Assembly: GCA_018823415.1 (NCBI GenBank)
Contig: JAHJIN010000418.1
Location: forward strand, 1-32,000
Direction: 5' to 3'
DNA: 32,000 bases
DNA from: Chloroflexota bacterium
Lineage (GTDB): Bacteria; Chloroflexota; JAHJIN01
Shown here: positions 25,488-32,000 of the stretch, in pieces
How the letters are laid out: each line of letters opens with the position of its first letter
How positions within the stretch are numbered: position 1 is the first letter of the stretch
The notes under the pieces: model-generated
What the model was told of the DNA's origin: nothing
What the model saw: only the letters and a program-made list of their open reading frames with translations
Databases searched by the model: none
Program-made: the position numbers and the translations under genes

Positions 25488-26402
25488 ATGAAGCTGCTTG
25501 TTTGTGATCCGACAGATCCCCAAGCCGTCGCCCGGATGCGCGAGGCCGGGATAGACGTGGACGTGCGCGACGACATTACCCCGGAGGACCTGTCCACCGC
25601 CATCGTCGACTATGACGCCATGGTCGTGCGCTCTCGCACCCGGGTCCCGGCGGCCCTCATCGACAAGGCCGCGAATCTCAAGCTCATCATCCGGGGCGGC
25701 GTGGGGCTGGACAACATTGACGTGGCATACGCCGAGTCAAAGGGCATCGAGGTGCGCAACACCCCGGCGGCCTCTTCCAACTCGGTGGCCGAGTTGACCA
25801 TCGGCTATCTGTTCGCCCTGGTGCGACCCATCGCCCAGGCTACGGACTCGATGAAGGCCGGGCAGTGGGAGAAAAAGGCCTTCAGCAAGGGCCGCGAGCT
25901 GGACGGCAAAACCCTGGGGCTGGTGGGCTGCGGCCGCATCGGCAGCCTGGTGGCCCAGAAAGCGAGCGCGCTGGGGATGGACGTGATCTTTTATCGCCGT
26001 ACTGCTTGCGAGATGCCCGGCGTCACCCAGGTCTCGCTAGATGAGCTATTGGCCCGCTCTGATTTCATCTCGCTGCACGTGCCTCATACGCCAGAGACCC
26101 ATTACATCATCGGGAAAGAGGCCTTGGGCAAGATGAAAGACGGCGTTTATATCGTCAACTGCGGCCGGGGCGGCACCATCGACGAGGCCGCCCTGTACGA
26201 GGCCCTCGTCAGCGGCAAGGTGGCCGGCGCAGCATTGGATGTGTTCGAGGACGAAAAGGAGGAACGTGGCCGGCGGTTCGCAGACCTGCCACAGGTCATC
26301 GGCTCGCCGCACATCGGCGCCGGGACCAAAGAGGCCACGGCCCGGGTCGGCGGCGAGGTCGCCGACATTGCCATCGAGTATTACCAGGAGCATTTCGCAT
26401 AA
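25488..26402 (+). CDS. serA: D-3-phosphoglycerate dehydrogenase-like 2-hydroxyacid dehydrogenase, without ACT domain
   Basis: MKLLVCDPTDPQAVARMREAGIDVDV, NLKLIIRGGVGLDNIDV, GKTLGLVGCGRIGSLVAQKA and GKVAGAALDVFEDE. Start at 25488 has GAGGAGG; the GTG at 25452 is less likely. Confidence 0.9.
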   Translation: MKLLVCDPTDPQAVARMREAGIDVDVRDDITPEDLSTAIVDYDAMVVRSRTRVPAALIDKAANLKLIIRGGVGLDNIDVAYAESKGIEVRNTPAASSNSVAELTIGYLFALVRPIAQATDSMKAGQWEKKAFSKGRELDGKTLGLVGCGRIGSLVAQKASALGMDVIFYRRTACEMPGVTQVSLDELLARSDFISLHVPHTPETHYIIGKEALGKMKDGVYIVNCGRGGTIDEAALYEALVSGKVAGAALDVFEDEKEERGRRFADLPQVIGSPHIGAGTKEATARVGGEVADIAIEYYQEHFA

Positions 26403-26414
26403 CAGGAGGAGCAC

Positions 26415-27740
26415 ATGGCGGTTATCAAACCGTTCCGGGGCCTGCGTTACAACCCGGCGCGCATCCCCGACCTTTCGGCCGTTATCACCCAGCCGTATGA
26501 CCGCATCCACGCAGCCGAGCAGGCGAGCTACTATGCCCTGAGCCCTTACAATTTCTGTCGGATCATCCTGGGCCGGCGAACCGCGGCCGATACCGAAGCG
26601 AACAATGTCTACACGCGCGCCCGGTGCTATGACCAGACCTGGCAAGCCGAAGACGTGCTGATGCGCGAGCCCCGGCCGGCCCTGTACGTGCTGGAGCAGA
26701 CCTATACCACGCCCAGCGGCGAGACGCGCACCCGGCGCGGCCTCTGCGCCGCCTTGCAACTGACCGGCTTTGACGAAGGCGTGATCTTGCCCCACGAGCG
26801 CACGCTCAGCGGCCCCAAGGTGGATCGGCTCAACCTGACCCTGGCCACCGCCACGGCCTGGGAGCACATCTTTATCCTGTATCCAGACCCGCACAACCGC
26901 GTCAACGGCCTGGTGGAGCCATTCCTGGCCGCGCACGCGCCGGCCGTGGCCCGCGAGCAGATCATCGAAAGCGCCGTGGAGCAGCGGTTCTGGGTGGTGG
27001 ATGACCCGCAGATCGTGACTGCCGTGGTGGCCGAGCTGGCACCCAAGCGCAACCTCATCATCGCCGACGGCCACCATCGCTACGAGACGGCCCTCAACTA
27101 CCGGGACGAGATGCGACAGCAGCACCCTGACGCACCGGCCGACGCGGCCTTTAACTATGTGCTGGTCACGCTGGTGGGCATGAGCGACCTAGGCCTGGTG
27201 ATCTTGCCCACGCACCGGCTGATCCACTCGTACGGGCAGATGGACGGTCCGGCGGCCCTCGAAAAGGCCCGAGAGTTCTTTGATGTGACGCCGGTCGCGG
27301 ACCGGGCCGCGATGGAGCAAGCCCTGGCCCAGGCCACGCCAGATCATCCCAGCTTTGGCTTTTATGACGGCGCGTACAGCGTGCTCACCCTGCGCGATCA
27401 GGCCGTGCTGGCCCTGTTGCTGCCCGGTCGCGCGCATGACTGGCACATGCTGGACGTGACCATTCTCCACGAGTTGTTCATCGAGCGGGTGCTGGGGATC
27501 GACAAGGGCGCGGTGGAGCGCAAGGAGAGCCTCGACTATCTGCGCGATGCAGAGCCGGGCTATCGGGCCGTGGACGAGGGCCAGGCCCGGTTCTTGCTGC
27601 TCGTCAACCCTACCCGCATCGAGCAGGTGCAGTCTTGCACCGAAGCCAGCGAGCGCATGCCCCAAAAGTCCACCGACTTTTACCCCAAGGTCATCAGCGG
27701 CCTGGTGATGATGCCGGTGCCGGCGGAACCGCTGGGTTAG
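26415..27740 (+). CDS. DUF1015 family protein (COG4198)
   Basis: MAVIKPFRGLRYNPARIPDLSAVITQPYDRI, RRGLCAALQL, LPHERTLSGPKVDRLNL, LIIADGHHRYETALNYRDEMR and FNYVLVTLVGMSDLGLVILPTHRLIH. Confidence 0.93.
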   Translation: MAVIKPFRGLRYNPARIPDLSAVITQPYDRIHAAEQASYYALSPYNFCRIILGRRTAADTEANNVYTRARCYDQTWQAEDVLMREPRPALYVLEQTYTTPSGETRTRRGLCAALQLTGFDEGVILPHERTLSGPKVDRLNLTLATATAWEHIFILYPDPHNRVNGLVEPFLAAHAPAVAREQIIESAVEQRFWVVDDPQIVTAVVAELAPKRNLIIADGHHRYETALNYRDEMRQQHPDAPADAAFNYVLVTLVGMSDLGLVILPTHRLIHSYGQMDGPAALEKAREFFDVTPVADRAAMEQALAQATPDHPSFGFYDGAYSVLTLRDQAVLALLLPGRAHDWHMLDVTILHELFIERVLGIDKGAVERKESLDYLRDAEPGYRAVDEGQARFLLLVNPTRIEQVQSCTEASERMPQKSTDFYPKVISGLVMMPVPAEPLG

Positions 27741-27780
27741 GAAACAGCCAGTACCGCGAACTCACTGCGAATGTTAAAAA

Positions 27781-27812
27781 CGAGAGGAGCAGGGTTGTCC
27801 CTGCTCCTCTCG
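27781..27812 (-). terminator. Rho-independent terminator of the minus-strand gene at 27829; may also stop the plus-strand operon
   Basis: CGAGAGGAGCAGGG-TTGT-CCCTGCTCCTCTCG, 14 bp perfect; minus strand continues TTTTT. Confidence 0.88.
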
Positions 27813-27828
27813 TGTTGAGAGTGGCGGG

Positions 27829-29781
27829 TCAATGGTTCCGCAGAGTCAGGGGCAGGTACAACTGATACGGTGCCACCCGCTGCCCAAAGATGTCCCAGTC
27901 GTCGGCGGTGTATTCCTCACGCCAGACCACCAGGGCGCGCCGGTCCGGCGACCCGGCCGCAACCGGGTCCTCTATCGTGTCCGCACCGGCGTGCCGCACC
28001 AGTAGCCGGGGTCCCACGCTGGTGCCGTGCAGGAGGCGGTGGTATACCCAGTAGCTACTGGGGCTGATCCAGTACGAGACATAGACCACGTGCATCTCGT
28101 TGCCAAAACCAGAATACGCAATGTCCGGCAGGGTATGGCCCGAGTACGAGGGGACATCGGTCTCGATGGCAAAGGCATAGGCCGCATCGTAGCGGAAGGT
28201 GCTCACGTTATACGAGGAACGCACGCGCTGCCCGTGTATGGTATAGCTGGCCGTCAGATACTTGGATCTGAACACCACCACGTAGGCATTTGCCGCCGGG
28301 TCATAGGCCACCGCCGGCGAAGAACAGTCCGTAGTCAGCGGGTCGCTGCCCGAGTCATATGGAGCTATGGTCCACGTGCCATACACCTGAGACCCGCCAC
28401 CCTGGTACGTCTCGTACAGGTAGGCGATGGCGATGTAATCCGGCTCGACTTGATCCGGTGGCCGTTCTCGATGCCACGCCGCCAGGAATGTGTTCCCCCC
28501 GCTGCCCCAGGCCACGTCGGGGTCGTGCGCGCTCCCACTGACGTGATTCCAGATCTGGAACCCGGCGCTCAGGAGAAGGGGAGAGACGGAACCAGAACCC
28601 AGCATCCGCCCATACACCATGTAGGTGCTGCGGAGATAGACCACAGCGAATTGGCGGTCATTGGCGTTGTAGGCCACCGCCGGGTCGTATTCGTCGGCGG
28701 CGTCGCCGGCGATCATCGTGGGCTCCGTGGCCGGCATCTGCGAGCCGCTGGATTGATAAGACCCATACACCAGCCGGCCGGCGACGTTGCGGCTCCCCAC
28801 GTTACCATCCTCATAAACCACCAGGAAGCGGTTCTGATAGGCATCATAGGCCACGTCCGGCGCGGCCTCCCGGCCCGTGCCCTCTGCGACGTAGAAAAAG
28901 CTACCCAGTAACGCGCCGGTGGTCCCATTCACGAACCGGCCCAGGATGTTGCCGTTGCCAGAGCTGCTTTCGAACACCACCAGGTATTGGCCGGAGGCGG
29001 TCGAGTAGGCCACAGCCGGATTGTTCTGGTCCATGCTGAGGTTGCCCACGTTGATGATCCCGCCCTCCAGGCGCGGGTCGATGGTCACCGGGTAGACGGC
29101 CCCGGCCAGCCAATCGCCGGGCACGGTGATGGTCACCTGGTTCCCATCCAGGCTCAGCGGGGCCGGCGTCTCGCGCCCGGCGGCATCATAGACCACGGCT
29201 CCGCTATAGCGTACCACGTCGCGTCCCTCGTCGAGAAAGCGAATGCCTTTGAGCGGGTCCACCAGTTCCGGCGCCAACGTGGTCTCGAATTGGCCTATTA
29301 CTGCCACGTCCCCGCCTGATGTCAGCGCTTTCTCTAGCACGAACAACTGCTCCACGTGCCGGTCATCCACTACGTAGCGTTCGGTGACGCCAGCCGGGCG
29401 GTCATAATCGACCTGGTTCTCCCGGACTTGCGGCGTGACCGGCGCGGCGGCCGCACCAACGTGCTCCCCGGCGCGCACCGCCACCAGGCGGTACGTTACC
29501 TGATGGCCGGGCACCAGCACGCCCTCCTCGCGCGGGGCAAAGCGCACGCCCTCGGCCGTGAACTCGACGCGGCGGTACTCGTTGTCGACGACCAGCGTGT
29601 CGCCTTGCGTGTGCACCGCGTTGCGTGAGGCCCGGGCTACCGCTGTCGGATCGAACGGCAGTTCGGCCGATGCGGTGCTCATGGCGCTGGCCCCTGCCGT
29701 GACCGTGGCCAAATCGAGACTGAGCAGCGGCGTCAGAAACAACATCAGCAGCATGGCAATTGACGCATATCGGATCTTCAC
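27829..29781 (-). CDS. Large secreted protein with seven propeller-like repeats and C-terminal YLPL motif
   Basis: Signal-like MKIRYASIAMLLMLFLTPLLSLDLATVTAGA. Seven copies of xP(A/D)(V/I)A(Y/W)...(F/Y)xVV(Y/F/W) at residues about 255, 308, 367, 421, 489, 552 and 606. Ends LYLPLTLRNH. SD AGGGAGG. Confidence 0.85.
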   Translation of the reverse strand: MKIRYASIAMLLMLFLTPLLSLDLATVTAGASAMSTASAELPFDPTAVARASRNAVHTQGDTLVVDNEYRRVEFTAEGVRFAPREEGVLVPGHQVTYRLVAVRAGEHVGAAAAPVTPQVRENQVDYDRPAGVTERYVVDDRHVEQLFVLEKALTSGGDVAVIGQFETTLAPELVDPLKGIRFLDEGRDVVRYSGAVVYDAAGRETPAPLSLDGNQVTITVPGDWLAGAVYPVTIDPRLEGGIINVGNLSMDQNNPAVAYSTASGQYLVVFESSSGNGNILGRFVNGTTGALLGSFFYVAEGTGREAAPDVAYDAYQNRFLVVYEDGNVGSRNVAGRLVYGSYQSSGSQMPATEPTMIAGDAADEYDPAVAYNANDRQFAVVYLRSTYMVYGRMLGSGSVSPLLLSAGFQIWNHVSGSAHDPDVAWGSGGNTFLAAWHRERPPDQVEPDYIAIAYLYETYQGGGSQVYGTWTIAPYDSGSDPLTTDCSSPAVAYDPAANAYVVVFRSKYLTASYTIHGQRVRSSYNVSTFRYDAAYAFAIETDVPSYSGHTLPDIAYSGFGNEMHVVYVSYWISPSSYWVYHRLLHGTSVGPRLLVRHAGADTIEDPVAAGSPDRRALVVWREEYTADDWDIFGQRVAPYQLYLPLTLRNH

Positions 29782-29879
29782 GGGGGAACCTCCCTTTTCA
29801 TTTACATGGGCTTGCCGGCCGTCGCCGTCTTATTGTACCGGCTGCGTATCTGGCTGTCAAGGAAGGCGGGGCCATCGAG

Positions 29880-29908
29880 TTGACGGGGGGATAGGCGCGT
29901 GCTATACT
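29880..29908 (+). promoter_or_regulatory. Strong sigma70-like promoter abutting the ORF at 29916
   Basis: TTGACG-17 nt-TATACT with extended TG (TGCTATACT); 7 nt between hexamer and ATG. Confidence 0.75.
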
Positions 29909-29915
29909 GGGCGGC

Positions 29916-30752
29916 ATGAGGACACCAGTGGTGAACACGGACGCAGATTTGCCCGCCAACTCGGGGCCAAACCGCCGCCTGGTCGGGGTCATTGCCCTGG
30001 CCGGCCTGGCGGTGGCGCTGGCCTTGCTCATCCTCTTTTGGCCCCGGCCCCCGGCCGACGACAGCCTCAAATTGGTGCAGGCCCGGGGCACCCTGGTGGT
30101 GGCCGTAGACGCCGCCTATCCGCCCTTTGCCAGTGTCAACGACAAGGGACGCTTTGTGGGCTTTGATCCAGATGTGGCCCGCGAGATCGCCCGCCGCCTG
30201 GGCGTCAAGACCCAGTTTGTGAACGTGGGCGTGGAGGGACTGCTGGATGCCCTCAAGCTCTACAAGTGCGACCTGGTGGTGTCAGCGTTCCCCTACGAGT
30301 ATGGCCTGACGCGCGACGTACTGTTCAGCGAGCCGTACTTTAACGCCGGGCCGCGCCTGGCCGTGCGCCAGGACGAGACGACGATTCGCGGGCCGGATGA
30401 CCTGGCCGGCCGGGTAGTGGCGGTGGAACTGGGATCGGGCGCCGACGGCGCGACGCGCGCGTGGGAGGCCCGAGGCATCCGCCTGATGCGCACCATGTCC
30501 ATGTCTGATACTATCTGGGCGCTGGTGCAAGGGCAGGCCGACGCAGCCGTGGGCGATCCCGTCGCCCTGCGCGCATACAGCCGGCACCCACAGGGCGGCG
30601 GCATCCAGATCGTGGGGAACCCCATCGCCGACGAGGACTATGTGGTGGTGCTGCGCATCCAGGAGCGCACCCTGCGCGACGCGGTGGACGAGGCACTGCT
30701 GGAGATGCGGCAGGACGGCACCCTGGACGAGCTGGTGGATCGCTGGCTGTAA
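29916..30752 (+). CDS. Membrane-anchored family 3 (amino-acid-type) solute-binding protein
   Basis: TM segment LVGVIALAGLAVALALLILFW; RGTLVVAVDAAYPPFASVNDKGRFVGFDPDVAREIARRLGVKTQFV and GQADAAVGDPVAL (SBP_bac_3). No lipobox. Confidence 0.9.
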   Translation: MRTPVVNTDADLPANSGPNRRLVGVIALAGLAVALALLILFWPRPPADDSLKLVQARGTLVVAVDAAYPPFASVNDKGRFVGFDPDVAREIARRLGVKTQFVNVGVEGLLDALKLYKCDLVVSAFPYEYGLTRDVLFSEPYFNAGPRLAVRQDETTIRGPDDLAGRVVAVELGSGADGATRAWEARGIRLMRTMSMSDTIWALVQGQADAAVGDPVALRAYSRHPQGGGIQIVGNPIADEDYVVVLRIQERTLRDAVDEALLEMRQDGTLDELVDRWL

Positions 30753-30771
30753 CCGGACCATCGTCAAACGC

Positions 30772-30806
30772 AAGAAACCCGTCTTTTCCAAAAAGACGGG
30801 TTTCTT
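30772..30806. terminator. Bidirectional rho-independent terminator between convergent genes
   Basis: AAGAAACCCGTCTTTT-CCA-AAAAGACGGGTTTCTT, 16 bp perfect, flanked by TT on plus. Confidence 0.92.
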
Positions 30807-30812
30807 TTGTGG

Positions 30813-31718
30813 CTAGGGTGTGGCCGTGGGCGGCGGCGCTGTGGGTGGTTCAGTTGGCGGCGGCTGAGTCGGCGGCGCTGTGGGGGGCTGCGTTGGCGGT
30901 TGGGTTGGCGGCGGCTCGGTGGGCAGTGGCGCTGTCGGTTCCGCCGTGGGCTCGGGCGTCACCGGGGTAGCTGTGGGCAGCTCGACGGTGGGCGCGGGGG
31001 TGCCCGGCGTGGCCGTGGGCGGTTCGGTGGTGGGCAATGGCGTTTCTGGCGTAACCGTGGGCGTGCCGGCCGTAGGCGACGGCGTCCCGGGTGTGCCCGT
31101 AGGCGATGGGGTCCCGGGCGTGGGCGATGGTGTCGCCGTGATCCAGACCGGGGTGCCGGTGGGGGCCCAGGTGGGCACTATTGGCGTGGGCGGTGGATAG
31201 CCCGGGATATACAGCCGTTGCCCGACATAGATCTGCGAGACGGACAGGCAGTTGATCTGCATCAGCGTGCCCACCGACGTGCCATAGCGCACGGCCAAGC
31301 CGCTCAGGGTATCGCCTCGTTGGATCACATATACCCAATACGGGCGCGGCGGCGGTGAACAGGGCCGATACGTGGGCACGGCATAGGTGGGCGGCCAGGG
31401 GCCAGCCGTGGGCCAGATGACCGTCGATGTGGGCCAGCCCCACCAGGTTGCCGTGGGGGCCGGCGCAAATGTCGGCTCGCCGGTGGCGATAGGCGTGGGC
31501 GATGGCGTGGCCGTGACCACCTGGGGTGACGGAGTAACCGGGGTGGGACTGGCAGATTGTGAGACGGCAAACCCGTCGGGGTGTTCCGAGTACAAGAGCA
31601 GTACCGCGCTCGCAATGGTGATCAGGACAATGGCCATCAGCCCCAGGCCGGTCAGCAGGCCCAGGGCGCTCTCTTTGAGCCCCCGGCGCTCTTCGGCAAA
31701 GAACTGATCCTGAGACAT
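30813..31718 (-). CDS. Membrane-anchored LysM-domain protein with Thr/Pro-rich linker and tail
   Basis: TM LLTGLGLMAIVLITIASAVLLLY; LysM YVIQRGDTLSGLAVRYGTSVGTLMQINCLSVSQIYVGQRLYIPG; about 128-residue T/P-rich C-terminus. Confidence 0.88.
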   Translation of the reverse strand: MSQDQFFAEERRGLKESALGLLTGLGLMAIVLITIASAVLLLYSEHPDGFAVSQSASPTPVTPSPQVVTATPSPTPIATGEPTFAPAPTATWWGWPTSTVIWPTAGPWPPTYAVPTYRPCSPPPRPYWVYVIQRGDTLSGLAVRYGTSVGTLMQINCLSVSQIYVGQRLYIPGYPPPTPIVPTWAPTGTPVWITATPSPTPGTPSPTGTPGTPSPTAGTPTVTPETPLPTTEPPTATPGTPAPTVELPTATPVTPEPTAEPTAPLPTEPPPTQPPTQPPTAPPTQPPPTEPPTAPPPTATP

Positions 31719-31814
31719 GCTACTCTGCCTTTCGCCTGATCAGCGAGATGGAGGGCAAATTGCCAATTTGCCCTACGTGCCCACACTGGGCTGTTGCCAA
31801 GACGTGGGGATATG

Positions 31815-32000
31815 TTAGTCCTGTTCAGCCGAAACCGCGCCGGCCGGGCCATTCTCTTCCAGGTCGGCCAGGGCTGCGTCGGCGCCCCATTGGCGGCCCC
31901 GTTTGCGGCTGCGCTCGCGAATTTGGCGGATCGCAAGGCGGGCCAGTTCTGGCAACATGGTACCGGACCGGCGCTCTTGATCGGTGGACAGGCGGCGCAG
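31815..32000 (-). CDS. C-terminal part of a hypothetical protein, truncated by the window edge
   Basis: Open minus-strand frame to the edge: LRRLSTDQERRSGTMLPELARLAIRQIRERSRKRGRQWGADAALADLEENGPAGAVSAEQD*. No family recognised. Confidence 0.45.
   Translation of the reverse strand: MRRLSTDQERRSGTMLPELARLAIRQIRERSRKRGRQWGADAALADLEENGPAGAVSAEQD

Noticed and set aside
30816-31199. Possible tandem repeat or CRISPR-like array
   Set aside because: The repeats are irregular in unit and spacing, lack conserved direct repeats with unique spacers, and translate cleanly as T/P-rich protein.
30807-31358. 183-aa Gly/Arg/Trp-rich plus-strand ORF, plus 30880..31200 and 31387..31707
   Set aside because: Antisense of the Thr/Pro codon-rich tail of the LysM protein. 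The low-complexity composition is explained by that coding sequence.
1-32000. Mobile element, prophage, toxin-antitoxin or defence system
   Set aside because: No transposase, integrase, nuclease, restriction-modification, Cas or TA-like genes recognised, and no terminal repeats noticed by eye. The tRNAs show no obvious att-like duplication, although distant repeats could not be exhaustively searched by hand.

Overview
GC-rich chromosomal window, probably from an anaerobic bacterium. Chloroflexota is my inference from protein style and the C-terminal YLPL motif; I ran no search. The core is a contiguous plus-strand carbonyl-branch Wood-Ljungdahl (reductive acetyl-CoA) locus at about 6004-19655: fhs, a small HMA-fold-like protein, CODH (acsA/cooS), ACS (acsB), a CBS-pair protein, acsD, a small cupin, acsC, the ASKHA/ferredoxin corrinoid-activating protein (acsV), a CooC/AcsF ATPase, and acsE. 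Flanking it are tRNA-Gly(CCC), a MazG fusion protein, a 56-aa ferredoxin missing from the ORF track, tRNA-Pro(CGG), rpiA and pgi, uppP, a prenyl synthase with type II IPP isomerase, a serine-type trio (class V aminotransferase, phosphoglycerate dehydrogenase, DUF1015), two secreted proteins sharing a C-terminal YLPL motif, an SBP and a LysM protein. I see no CRISPR, phage, toxin-antitoxin or transposon. The most interesting points are: three uncharacterised small genes inside the acetyl-CoA locus (a CXXC-less HMA-like protein, a CBS pair, a cupin); a terminator-like hairpin plus sigma70-like promoter splitting acsB from acsD/acsC; the shared YLPL tail on otherwise unrelated exported proteins; a seven-repeat propeller-like secreted protein; two probable leaderless mRNAs; and a strong hairpin in a divergent intergenic region with no gene ending there.
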